A stretch of 63,587 nucleotides of DNA, counting the filler, from Pelomyxa schiedti (Eukaryota; Protista; Evosea), in the NCBI GenBank assembly GCA_020536535.1. It is 13 parts of 13 records of this genome, joined end to end, with 100 filler letters (N's around TTAATTAATTAA, not from the genome) between each part and the next. Parts side by side here need not be neighbours in the genome. Positions count along the whole stretch, not along the records: positions 47,629 to 54,920 come from JAHLWZ010001365.1; positions 55,021 to 61,009 come from JAHLWZ010000224.1; 11 more parts are not named here. One strand, written 5' to 3'. A program made the translations under genes and the position numbers. The notes under the pieces are model-generated. The model had not been told where the DNA came from, searched no databases, and saw nothing but the letters and a program-made list of their open reading frames with translations. Numbering within the stretch: position 1 is the first letter of the stretch; every line of letters begins with the position of its first letter. This document shows positions 47,919 through 60,300 of the stretch, piece by piece.

Positions 47919-50685
47919 TTATGTAAGGGTGAGCATTAAGCTGTTAACAGCAGCGCCTACAGTATCGTATCTATGTATGTTGGCATAGTGTGGTTGCAGT
48001 TCAGAATCTTTCCCACACATGGTGCTGTGGTAGCCATTGGAATCTTTCCAATGGGCTCCATTAGTGTGTCTGCCTGATGGGACAAATACACTTGGCACAC
48101 ATGCTACGTGGTTGATGGAACCTGAGAATGGTAAGAAATCAATTGGTTGCAAATTTTGCTCTATACAGGGTGCGGAGACTGGTGCAGAATGAGTGGAACC
48201 TGAGCTAGTAGATACAGTAGACTGAGTAGCACTATGCTTTGGCGGGTGCCTTTCTTTGCGAGGAGGAGAAGGCCCTTGTTACGAGTGAGTTTTCAACCGG
48301 CGGGAGAAAAAAAGCACTGTAACTACCTCTATCTTTCCGTTCTTTCACTTCCAGGAGACTCCCAGTTTTCATCCGGGAGTGTAAGTTGAATGGTGCTGTT
48401 GTTATTATACAATCAGGTGTAAATGCTATAGAAACTACAACTGGCCCTCGCAGGTGTTGTCTAGAATTTTTGTGAATCAATGACAACAAAACTGATAGAA
48501 CACTCACGCGGAAGATGTACAAATTGACTTTATTCCAAATACAAATCGTTCCAAGGGAGAGAATGTCCCAGGTGAAGATCGAGCACACTCCGTAAGCCGA
48601 GTAATTTCAACCACACTCCCAGTTGCCTTATTACATTTGAAGCATTGAACTTCGAGCAGTAAGAATGGAAGAAAATACTAAAGAGTAAAATACCTCCAAC
48701 GGTGCCATTGGAGCCACAAACTTGTGCTAGAAGAACTTGACTTTCTATCTCCCGTTCCGATAGTCCCTTTTGTTGCCTCCATTTTACAGGAACAGATACA
48801 ATCATCTAAGTCTTTAAGTTAAATGCAATTAGAAAAGGTATAATATACCCACCTTTTCCATTCTCCTTGGAAATAAATCGTAACTAGACAAAGTAATAAT
48901 GGGTAGAAGTTCATCAGAACTCTGGGAACTGAACTGAGAACTAGTTGGTCCGAGGCAATCAAGTAAGGAGATTGGAGGAGAGGAACAATTTGAAGATGAG
49001 GACGAGGGAGACAGAGATTCTATGAACAGGTCACCCAACGTGGCAGACTGCGAGGAAGCAACATTGAGAGGGGACCTAGAGGGAGCTAGTGAAATTGGTC
49101 TTATTGGAGGAGAGGGTGATGTGATTGGAGAAGGTGATCTGATGGCCGATAGCTGATTGCCAGATATCTGTAGAGTGTAGTCTGTGTTGAGGAAAGAACC
49201 CAAAGTGGGTGTCATACAAGAAGGAGGCTGGGGTGGAGGAAATGTAGCCTGTGTGAGAATTGGTGGGCTGACTGGAGGGATGATACAGGAAGGTGTAGAA
49301 AAAAGCGCATGAGGGGTGGGTTCTGGGTGATCAGGATCCATATGCTGCGGAAAGTGGATGATGTTAGAGAAGAGAAAATTAGCGGCCTGAACTAAAGGAG
49401 AAGGGGAAGCTGCAGAAGGCGGGTACTGGAACTGAGCTTGACCGCCCCCTCCCGTTTGCAGGTGCTGCTGCTGGAGTGCATTTTCCGCGAGAGGGGGCAG
49501 TACCACAGGCAATGGGGGAGGGGGTTCCTGCCTGGATGGGAGTTGTTCCTGCCATGCGGTTCTCTCGAATGACAGGGATGAAGGTGACATGGACCGCTGC
49601 ACAGAATATGAAACAGCCGGGGAGTGAGGCAAAGGAGGCATAAGCGTAAGCGGCGAGGAAGGGGACCGCGGAGCGTTATTCGGGCCGCTCTGGGAGTTGC
49701 TGGAAGCCGCAGGAACGGGCAAAGACAGAGAAAGAGGGATCGGGAGTGGGGACTCCGGCGAAAGCAGAGGAGATGCTATTGGAGTGCTGCAGGGAAGCGG
49801 CGTGGAGTGTGGCCTCATGCAACTTGGTGAATCCAATCCGGGAGAAGATAAGAATCCAAATGGAGAAGAGCAACAAGAAGAAGAAGGAGGGAGGTTCGGC
49901 ACTGCGGGATCCAACATATATTCCGAAGGGCTGGATAATCCTATGATATTAGCACTATCTGGCAGTGAAGTCCTGCCGCGACGAGCCGACGTAGGAGACA
50001 GAGACAATCCACATAAATCAGCACCAGTACGAGGACTTGCAATTACATTTTTTGGCGTAGTAGTAATCGTAGCACTTGCATTTATATTACCAACAGCGCC
50101 TAAGCTCTCCAAACTCGTAAGAATTGTAGTATTAGATAACGGCGGTAACGAATACGACGACGAAGACGACGATGACGATGACGAAATCGAGGAAGAGGAA
50201 GAAGAAGAAGAAGAAGAGGAAGGAGGGGGCAATTCGTCGCGGGGCGCTGTGAGCCTATGGATGGAGGGCAGCGTCGTCGTGGCCCTCCCCGGCTCGCTGC
50301 TGCCTCTGCCGCCTGTGCCGCTCCCGCCCCCGCCCGCGCCCGCGAAGGAGATGCTTATTACCTGCTCGTGCCGAGTGCGGCGGCGCTTGCGGCGCTGCGG
50401 CGTGGCCGCGGGGGCGCGGGAGGGCGCATCGGCGGGGGGCTCGGGGTTGTGGTGCTCGCCGTGGTCGTGCTCGTGCCGCTGCTGGGGATGGTGCCCCTGG
50501 GGCGCAGAGACGGGGGGTGCTGCTGGGGACGAAACTGCAGAATCAGCAGAAACCGCGGCGTCGGGGCGGGCACGGTGCTCGTCGTCGGCGGGCGTGGTTG
50601 TGGTGGCGGTGTTGGTTGTTGATTTTATTGGTGGTGTGTTGGCGGGAGTGGCTTGGGAGACGGGTGGTTTGGAGCTCGTGGCCAT
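47919..50685 (-). CDS. Ser/Pro-rich protein with basic NLS-like tract and a compact domain, possibly a CudA-like transcription factor
   Basis: 618-aa low-complexity exon with QRRKRRRTR; downstream exons give CFKC...ERFVFGIKSICTSS...HLRGPVVVSI...PFNLHSRMK; the last exon splices into ORF 47919..48152. Confidence 0.6.
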
Positions 50686-51114
50686 TGGGGCATGTCAGTG
50701 GGCACAGTAAGGTGGGTGGGCGATCGGACAAGGGGCAAAGGAAGGACCCTTTGGGGCTGGAGTTTTTTTTGTTTTTACTTTTTGTTGTTTGTTTGTTGGT
50801 GTTCCTTCCGTTGATGAATAAGGTATATTTCCCCAAAAAAAACTGGTTTTCGTAGAAGTCTGGGGGCTTACGCGCAAAGGACCCTTTCCTGAATGCGGAT
50901 GTTTTCACAATTCTGCAACTCTCCTTCACGTTCTGGTACGTGCACCACTTGATACAGATCCGATCGTGCAGAAAGCACTTGACTGGCCGTCTCCTTCTCA
51001 AAAACACGGCCGGAGCCAACCATATGCACTCCGTGTTACGTGTTATTCAGTTCCTTGCACTTACCCTTGTTCCACCCCCAGTGTCTGATTCACCCAATTT
51101 TCGGTTGTGATCTT

Positions 51115-54019
51115 ATGGCGGCGGTAGGTGGACCAAACGACGGGCCAAACAAACATAATGTCAAACCTACAACTTTCTTGATACCAACCTGGTGTTCTGA
51201 GTGCAAGTACGAATTGGCCACTCCGTCTCGCGAAAAAAAACAAAAAACAAAAAAAAATCCAATTCACGAGCATCATCAAACAGTGACTTTCTTTTTGGAA
51301 TTCATGAGCAAGGGAACACTTGCAAAGGTTCGACTCTTCATCGTTCATAATTTTAATTAAATTATTATTATGCTTTAGTTGTTGTGGGCTTGAAGCTTTC
51401 TACAAACAAAAAGTCACATATTTTTGAATAGTGTGCCTTAAGACACTGTGCTTTAAATGCTCATTGCTGGCACACTGTATTCCCACTCCGGCTGTGGAAC
51501 CAGCTTCCTCGTCAATAGTACCACAATCGTCAGCTATTCGTGTATCTGCTTCGACTGTCATTCATGATACTCGTCAAGTTTCTCTTAATTCTCCTTCTTG
51601 GTGTGATAAGTGCCAGTAAGTAGCCATTTCCTTCCAATCGACAATTCTTTTGGATCTTTATTCACACCTTACAGGAAGTTCCTCTGGGGCCTTTACAATC
51701 AAGGGAACCAATGCCGAAGTATAGCCCCCTTTATCAGTACAAAAAATTTACCACTCCAGATTGCACCTTGCTCTTGTGCAGTGATTGTGCAACGCTTTCT
51801 TGCCGTGGAAGGACTTCCCCTTGTGGGAGTGGTTACCGTCTCCTACCATTTTGTCGCATTCCTTCTGTACACAACAGATGTGTTGGTGCAATAAACAGCC
51901 CATGCACACATACTAATTGCACCTCTTGGTGCAATGGCTGTGGGAGTGGACTATGTACTGACCATGTAATCCGCAACGACAGTCTCCCCCCGTGGTTAAG
52001 GAGGGGAACACCTTCCACTGGTGAAGTGTGTGAGTTTTGTGATTACATGTATCCTTCTTCCCTCATTCCATGATTCCTCATTGCCTTTCAGTTCCAAGCA
52101 CCGTGAGGAGTTTGACAGGGAATGTGACCTCACTGTTGCTCGGCTGCACCATGACCACCGTCTTACCCCTTTCATACACCAGTGTTGGGCCAGCATATAT
52201 TACACTCTTCCAGGAGGGAATTATTGTCCTCTCGACCAAATTTTATTGGAAAAGAACAAAGATGTAATAAGAGGGCATGGTGTTTGGATCACACACTATC
52301 TCCTGTGGTATTTGTCCTATGCGTATGTACTTATTCTGATGACATCAGCTGCCCAGATCCGGACGTGGAACTATTGCTCCAGTTACCATCAGAACAGAGG
52401 GTTGAATGTAATCAGTTATTATGTCCCCGAAAATGCCCGACAGCCTGTTTATTTGATGTACCTGAAGCTTTATTATTACTTTCCAGTAGAACTATTAGTA
52501 ATGAACGTGTTATTGCAGCCGCCATGTCGTGTTTGGGAACAAATATTCAATCTTTAATCCTTTCCTTACCAGCAGTTGTTCATAGCTTGTGCGTTATTAA
52601 ACATTTTCCCCATCCCTTACCTCTTGCAGAGAATCTTCTCACACATCAGGAAAGCAAAGAAAGGCTCAAATTATGTGGGATTTCTTAGTAGGACAAGCCA
52701 AAATCAACTTTGAATTCCTGGCAGCCCTTTTTTTCACTCTGTGCGCATTCCAAGGCAGCACTTGCATCCAAAGTTTTTTGACCTCACTATCAAGTTTGCC
52801 AGGTACTTGTTCTTTTTTTTTCCCTGCATCTGACTTTGCCTTCATAGAATTTCCACGCTACCTCCTCAATACTGGCCCCCAAATTGCTGCAATGCAAGCC
52901 GGACAGAATTCATTTTTTGTAGTTCCCGTTCCGTGGTACTTGCCGACGGAACTTCCTCAAGATAATCCCTTCGTTTCGTTTGTCAAAGTTCAGACAATAC
53001 TATCTGGCACAGCACCTGTGAAATGTAAGTTCCAGTGCAATTTTTACATACAGCCCTTTAATGCTCAACTTAAGATAAATGCCTTTCTGCTAGTGGTACT
53101 GAGAGAAATGTAATATTTAAATCTGGGAATTTATTCAAAGACCACATTGTCTGCAACATCCTGCAATACTTTAAAAATGCCCTGGAGGAAAACATGGAAT
53201 GCATGAGAGGAAACATTGTGTGCTTCAAGGTCATACCCGTTTCCCCGAGTTGTGGGCTCATTCAACTCGTTGAAAACTCCGAGTAAGAATTCTGTTGTTC
53301 TTTATTGTTTAAATTCGACACCAGGACTCTCTACAAAATTCAAGAGGGCACACTTGCCGATTACATAACTGACAGACGCCGATTTGCATATTCGACTGCT
53401 GCTTATACTGTTATGGTGTTTTTGCTAGGTCTGTGTGATAGGCATGAAGGAAACATAATGATACACGATCACTGTCTATCCTTTCACATTGACTTTGAGT
53501 ATCTTGTTGGAAATGAAACAGCGTAACTTCCTTCACATTTAAGATAGATAACTTTTTCAACTAACTTCGATTAGTGCAGAGTATCTGCTATTTGTACCAA
53601 CAATATGCATCGCCCAGGAAGCCATGTCAGTCATTGACATGTCCAAAGAGGAATTCCTGGATTTGTGTCATGCGGTATTCGTCTGCTTGCAGCGATGCCT
53701 ACCTTTCGTTTCCGTCATTCTTCAGACCATTCTGGTTGACCGCATGACATGTAAGCCTTCGGAACGGGATTCAACTACACACTCCGTTCCTTCTTCACTC
53801 ACCGCAACTACTATTTCTTTCTCACGCAACATTGCACCAGATATAACCCAAGCGAATCTGGAGAGCTTCCTTCACTCCCGGTTCATGATTGGACTTGACC
53901 AGAACGAAAGCTGGGAACAACTCAGCTTTCTCATCAAAACCGCTCTCGATTCTCTTGGTGCCAGGGCTCTCACAACCAACCACAAAATCGCGATGCTACT
54001 CAGGGAATTGAAACTCTAG
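51115..54019 (+). CDS. Phosphatidylinositol 3/4-kinase family protein with two N-terminal C1 domains and a Cys-rich finger (multi-exon)
   Basis: HNVKPTTFLIPTWCSEC; HDTRQVSLNSPSWCDKC..FLWGLYNQGNQC; CNGCGSGLCTDH...VCEFC; GLIQLVENS; LLGLCDRHEGNIMI...FHIDFEYLVG. Confidence 0.85.
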
Positions 54020-54322
54020 ACCGCAGCACCACTGACTGTCTCTTAAGCTAGTCACAGAACTGATTGCTGTTCGGTGCTCCCGTCTCACTGGTTGGCCAAG
54101 TTGGGTCACCTTTCGTACGAAAAAAAAATGTCGCCAAAATTCTGGAAATTCCCAGAAACGAAAATTTTCGGGTTTGCGCATTTTTTGCTTTTTAAAGAAA
54201 AGAAAGGGAAAAAATCCTAAAAAAAAAAAAAGAAACTGTGTACAGCTACAGAAGGCGACACAAGGCGACACGGACAGTGAGAGTGACAGGCATAGCAGCT
54301 GTCATTGATACACTACTTGCAA

Positions 54323-54920
54323 GCAGTTTGGGGGAGTGCACTTGAGTGCGGTGGTTGCATTTGGGTGCATCATTTGGAGCAAAGTGGGAGGAGCATTTGG
54401 GGTGGTGCATCATTTGGAGCGGTGCATTTGGAGCGGGGTGCATCATTTGGAGCAAAGTGGGAGGAGCATTTGGGGTGGTGCATCATTTGGGGAATAACAA
54501 CAAACCTTCTGATAGATAATACAGGCGGGGGAAAGTATTATTAATACCTCGTGCTCAGCACCACCCTCACTCAGCTCAGTGAGGGTGATGAGGTTCCCCT
54601 ACAAGCCGCCTCTCTATTCACAGAGAGGAGAGCGCTAAATGCCTGCTATCAGAGTCAATTATATTAAACTATTAACCAACGCTACTTACTTGACATTAAC
54701 AGAACATATAGGTAGGAATTTGGAGTGCAGTGCATGGTGCATTTGGCGGAGCAAGGAGCATTTGGAGCAAAGGGTGGTTGGCAGTTTGGGGGAGTGCATT
54801 TGAGTGCGGTGGTTGCATTTGGGTGCATCATTTGGAGCAAAGTGGGAGGAGCATTTGGGGTGGTGCATCATTTGGAGCGGTGCATTTGGAGCGGGGTGCA
54901 TCATTTGGAGCAAAGTGGGA
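54323..54920. repeat. Compound minisatellite in two near-identical blocks (54323-54491, about 54720-54920)
   Basis: Recurrent TGCA(TCA)TTTGGAGC and AAAGTGGGAGGAGCATTTGGGG subunits. Confidence 0.9.
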
Positions 54921-55020
54921 NNNNNNNNNNNNNNNNNNNNNNNNNNNNNNNNNNNNNNNNNNNNTTAATTAATTAANNNNNNNNNNNNNNNNNNNNNNNN
55001 NNNNNNNNNNNNNNNNNNNN

Positions 55021-55205
55021 GCCGTAACTCCGCTGCTCCTTAATACGTGCGATGGTGATTCCGGCACGAAAAACGGCGTCCGTGGACTCACCAGTATAGG
55101 CACACCCGTAGTGGGCGACACCACAATGAGATCTTGATCTCCTCCCCCCTCCGGCAAACACGACACCGCAACGACCCACACCCACAAGATCCAGATCCTT
55201 GGCAT
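55021..55205 (-). CDS. N-terminus of a putative secreted protein (cut by linker)
   Basis: MPRIWILWVWVVAVSC reads as a signal peptide; the frame is open to the contig end. Confidence 0.4.
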
Positions 55206-55712
55206 CCCCCCAGCACGTCTTAAATTGTGATCAAAACAAAAAAAGTTTCCGAACAAACACCAATTTGGAAACAACCAATCCACCCATAATTGGCCAGCCG
55301 GAGAGAGTCCCGGAGGTTCTGGCAAAGAAAACGGTATACTTTTCTGAGGACAGGAGCCCGGGAGGGGGGCTGGGACTAATGGATGACGGAGGATGCGAAT
55401 GCCAAAGTGACCGTGAAACCAGCCCCTGCCTCTCACTTCTCCTTGTCCGGTTTTTTTTTCCCCCCCACTGGAGGAGACAGAACTTCATCAATCACATCAC
55501 ATGCCACAGAGCAAAGGAATGTTGGAAGCCAGGAAAACCGGGCTGACTCAGAACGACATTGCCTGTCAGTGCATCGACAATNNNNNNNNNNNNNNNNNNN
55601 NNNNNNNNNNNNNNNNNNNNNNNNNNNNNNNNNNNNNNNNNNNNNNNNNNNNNNNNNNNNNNNNNNNNNNNNNNNNNNNNNCCCCCCACTGGAGGAGACA
55701 GAACTTCATCAA

Positions 55713-56906
55713 TCACATCACATGCCACAGAGCAAAGGAATGTTGGAAGCCAGGAAAACCGGGCTGACTCAGAACGACATTGCCTGTCAGTGCATCGACA
55801 ATGTCAATCCTGCCATCTTCGTCAAGAAACGCAATGAATCCTGCACCACAGAGGAAGGCAACCCTGGTCTCGTTGTGTATCACGTTGCAAGGGTTCACAA
55901 AATCATCTGTTGAAAACACCTCTAGGTTGTGATTGCAGGTTGTGACTTCAACAAAGTGCCTGGAATCAACTTTGTGAGGTTCGGAGGTGCACTTCCTTAA
56001 AACTTGATGTGGGAGCAAGCTCCTGATTTCGTAGTGGAATGTTGTTTTGGTACTAATACACTTTGGGAGAATGAATTTGTGCTTGTCAGAGAAAAGAACA
56101 CTCCCTTTGAAATTTCTGGAAGCCAGGTATTTCCTCTTGACTCTGAGTGTGCCACTGGAATGAGTTTCCTTGATGTCAATGAGCAGAAGAAAATTTTCAA
56201 CCCCCCTGCTAGCACTAATAGCGGCTTCGTCCGTATTTTTCTCCTGTGTAAAGTCAACCCATAATAACTTGAACCCATCCACAGAGCTGCAGTAGGAAGC
56301 TTCCGGTGATGACAAGTTAGAGTCGCCGTCCTTCATCAATATCATGAGCACCCCTCCATCTCCGGCAATGGCGAGTCCCCACTTGGAGTTGCACACGATC
56401 CCAGTCCCTGGATTCAAGAAGCCATCAAACAACACACACACAGAGCTAGTCGCCACAGCCTCCCTCCCAACGCGAAGAACCATGGAATCTATGTTGGGCC
56501 CATAAACGGCAACCAAGTTGGCCGACAGCCACCCGGCGACGCCCACGGCGAGAGCCCACGTGGAGACGCCCAGCACGCCGCCCGTGTGCGAGAACTCGAC
56601 CGCCCAGCAGCCGTCGCCGAGGCGGAGCACGACGGCGCTGGGCACGACCCAGGGGCGCCCGATGTGGTCGGCGAGGAGGGAGGGGTGGAGGGCCCGCGCG
56701 GGGCTGAGGCGCCCGCACCGCGGGACCAGGAGCCCGGCGCCCAGGGCCACGAACTGGTCGCGGGCGGCCAGCACCCGCGAGGGCGGGGGCGCGGTGTGTT
56801 CTGGCAGGTGCACGACGGCGTCGGCCGGGTCCAGCGGCGGAGGCGCTTCTGGGAGCAAGTCGTCGAAAATGTACTGTACGGTACACAACTTGTAACGGCG
56901 GTTCAT
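55713..56906 (-). CDS. QF-RCG-SP family protein
   Basis: LAARDQFVALGAGLLVPRCGRLSPARALHPSLLADHIGRPWV...FSHTGGV...CNSKWGL...IVDALTGNVVL. Confidence 0.88.
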   Translation of the reverse strand: MNRRYKLCTVQYIFDDLLPEAPPPLDPADAVVHLPEHTAPPPSRVLAARDQFVALGAGLLVPRCGRLSPARALHPSLLADHIGRPWVVPSAVVLRLGDGCWAVEFSHTGGVLGVSTWALAVGVAGWLSANLVAVYGPNIDSMVLRVGREAVATSSVCVLFDGFLNPGTGIVCNSKWGLAIAGDGGVLMILMKDGDSNLSSPEASYCSSVDGFKLLWVDFTQEKNTDEAAISASRGVENFLLLIDIKETHSSGTLRVKRKYLASRNFKGSVLFSDKHKFILPKCISTKTTFHYEIRSLLPHQVLRKCTSEPHKVDSRHFVEVTTCNHNLEVFSTDDFVNPCNVIHNETRVAFLCGAGFIAFLDEDGRIDIVDALTGNVVLSQPGFPGFQHSFALWHVM

Positions 56907-57385
56907 AACGATATTTTTGATTTGTTGTGTCGGAGCGGAGGAGGGCGTACATTTCGTGTGACATGTCGGTTTTCCAGGAAGTGGAGACAAGTTGGGTGGG
57001 TTAGAGCCCACAACTTATGTTCGGAGCTCCAATCCAAACATTAAAACAAGCAAGTTGCTAGTTATATGGCTCACAGGACCCAAAGCACGAATGACTCGGC
57101 AATCAAGAACAGGCTGGCGAAGAACCACAGTGCCGGTTGGTGCATCAAACCAAAGTAAACAACTCAGAATGAACTCATTCCTGGTGCCTCATTTTCAGTC
57201 ACGCCGCCAGTGGGTTGATCCTCGTTGTTGTTGTAGTCCTCCCCGTCGGCGGTCCCNNNNNNNNNNNNNNNNNNNNNNNNNNNNNNNNNNNNNNNNNNNN
57301 NNNNNNNNNNNNNNNNNNNNNNNNNNNNNNNNNNNNNNNNNNNNNNNNNNNNNNNNAAAAAAAAAAGTGATCGCGTAGTGGCTTG

Positions 57386-60300
57386 ATGGCGTCAACTGCC
57401 GCAGAGCAGATCCTCAGAGATCTAACAGTGTGCACACGTTCGTTTCTCTCACTCTTGGTTGTTTCTTTCCTCATTTCTGTGCTTTGTTTCCAACCTGCGT
57501 GTTTTCCCGCGCTCCTTTTCCTGTTGTTGGTCTCAATCAGCTCCCACGCAGAGGTCAATCGCGGAACTATTTCGAGGAGTGAGCCTTGTTCCTCAGGTTT
57601 CTCCCGGAGATCCGTCACTGGTACCAAATAGCAAAGCCCTGCAACGTCGTAAGGTTGCTTCGGAGCTCAGGGACATAAACTGCACCATTATTGGTGAAGC
57701 GGACTTGAAGCACTGCATGAGGCTTCTTTTTGTGCTCGAATCGGCTTTGCTGTTGGGGCTAAAAGGTAGGTTTTCGACAACAGACTTTCTTCGTGTGCCA
57801 AGGCGAGGTTATGGTGCACTCATTATGATTGAAGATATTGCCATTTTTGGAAAAACTGATCCATTTGATTACCTGGTAAACCTCCCGAGCTGCATTCCTA
57901 ACTGTGGTGATTTCATTACTCGTGTTCGTTCGCGAGGAAAGACTCAAAGAGGAAGAACCAGAGTTTTCCTGCGTGCTGCTCTTAATGATGCGGCCATTTC
58001 TGATTATTTGAATGCTTTAATGTGGAACCAGCAACTCACACTGTGTGCAAACAAACAAAAAACAAAACCATGAAGTTTTTTTGATTGAAAACTTAGGAAG
58101 TATTACACAACTGATTCTGTGCTCAATAACCCACAGCACCAAGAAGTTTTTGCAGCAAAACTGCAAAGTCTTCAGGTGGTGCAATTCCAATTACCTGAAT
58201 TTGATCTTGCTCTGAACTCCATAGATTTTTGGAAAACTGTAAATTTGCCCCCACTTCACGGTGACACCCACATATTTTTTTAAAAAAACCTGGAAGTAAT
58301 CAAGGGCAGATGACATACCAGTACCAATTGAAGTTAAGCCTCAGCTTTCCCCACCCACTGGAACCCTTCAAGCAACTCATGAGCCAGACACCCCTCATTC
58401 TTTGGTGGCAGCACAGCCCTCAATATCCACTCAAAATACTGATGCACACAAAAAAGAAGAGGCCTCTCAGTCTGAGGTTCCACTTCCACAACCTGTAGTT
58501 TTACCTCAACACACAACCTCTCAATTTTCCCAGTCCTCACCCACTCAACTGGAGCAAACTCCTTCTTCATCCCAGTCTGCACACCTAACTATGGCTGCAC
58601 AATTAGACACCAGACCTCAACCATCGAACCAAACTCAGCAATCAACAACAAAGTCTGTAGTACCTCCTGAGGAACCAACTTCCTCTTCCACTCAGTTACC
58701 TACACAGACACACACCAAAGTTCAAATCTCTCCTGCACCTAGTAAAGAGACCTCTCATTCTAAAACGGCTGATACAGCCTCCATCCCACCCTCCACTGTG
58801 CCACAAACGCAATCTGCAACACAAAAGGCACCTATACAAGTAACACCGTCACCACAACCTCCTCTAACAATATCACTGCAACCTCTAACAAGTCAACAAC
58901 CTCAAACTAAGCCTTCACAGTCTCAATCGATTCAATCAACAAAGCAACTGCAACAACCTGAAAACAAACCTGTGCCAACCCAAGTACAACCACAGATCCA
59001 GCCACAACAGACGCAATTACAACCACCACCACAACCACCACAGCAGGCACCCCCCTCCAAACCGGAAGGCAATTCGCAACCACAGGCGATAGTAGGGTCA
59101 CAAGCACAAGCACAATCAACAAAACAACTGCAACAACCTGAAAACAAACCTGTGCCAACCAAAGTACAACCACAGATCCAGCCACAACAGACGCAATTAC
59201 AATCACCACCACAACCACCAAAGCAAGCACCCCCCTCCAAACCGGAAGGCAATTCGCAACCACAGGCGATAGTAGGGTCACAAGCACAAGCACAAGCACA
59301 AGCACAAGCACAAGCACAAGCACAAGCACAACCCCCTCCAAAACAACAGGCTGTAAAACTTCCACAATTGTACACTGAAACAGAACCTACGTCTCCTACC
59401 ACGCAACCAAAACCGCAACATCAAGAGCAAAAACTGCAACCACAGCTACCACAGAAGACAGAGGTTACACAATTGCCACCACAACCACAAATCTCACAGC
59501 CCATACAACCTATTCCATCTGATCCGCCGCTTCCAATAGCATCCCCTGTAACCCAACAAGTTCAGTCACCACCGTCCCAAAGCCCGTCGCATCCACTCCC
59601 ATTACAACAGCCCTTACAAACCCCATCCCCATCCGTAGACCACAAACCCCAAACAGAAGTTCAACAAGTATCCCCACCACTAACGCAAGAAATAGTCCAA
59701 CAAGTTCATAAACCTCAGCCGACTCTCCCACCAGTTCAGTCACAGGCAGCTCCAACACATGTCCCACAAATGAATGCACAGCAAACCCAAGTACCTGCCA
59801 CCCCTCTACCCAACATCCAGCCGAAGGCACAACCGCAAGAACAGCTTACCCTACAGCCTCAGCCAGCCAAGCGAACTCCACAAATGCAGACAGAGCCATC
59901 TAACAGTAACCAAGAAAAACTTGTTACCCCAGTCTCTGCACCCCAAAGTACCAACCTACTTGAGAAAATTAAGATTCCAAGTGCTTTCACATCGGTAACA
60001 GTTACTTCAAGTGCTCCTATGGGTACTTCCCCATCCCTCACACCAATTTTTAACACCTGACATCGGTTTTGGGTTTAGGTGCCCAGAAACAGAAGCCTGA
60101 AGCGGGTTGATCTTTATTTTGGTTGAATATTATCATCTCACACTGTACTTAGGAGTACCACAAAACACCAACGCCAATACAGACACAACTGAAAAAAAAC
60201 CAACAAACAGCTCCCCAAAAATTGATGGGCAATTAATCCCAGAAATGACACCAAAACTTCCAGGTACCAATTTGAAGAAGAGTGGGGATTAATTTTGCCT

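Noticed and set aside
49697-50710. Long antisense or alternate-frame ORFs (337 aa here; also 34..684, 36866..37693, 17541..18164, 58932..59402)
   Set aside because: Shadows of GC-rich or low-complexity coding sequence with no motifs of their own.
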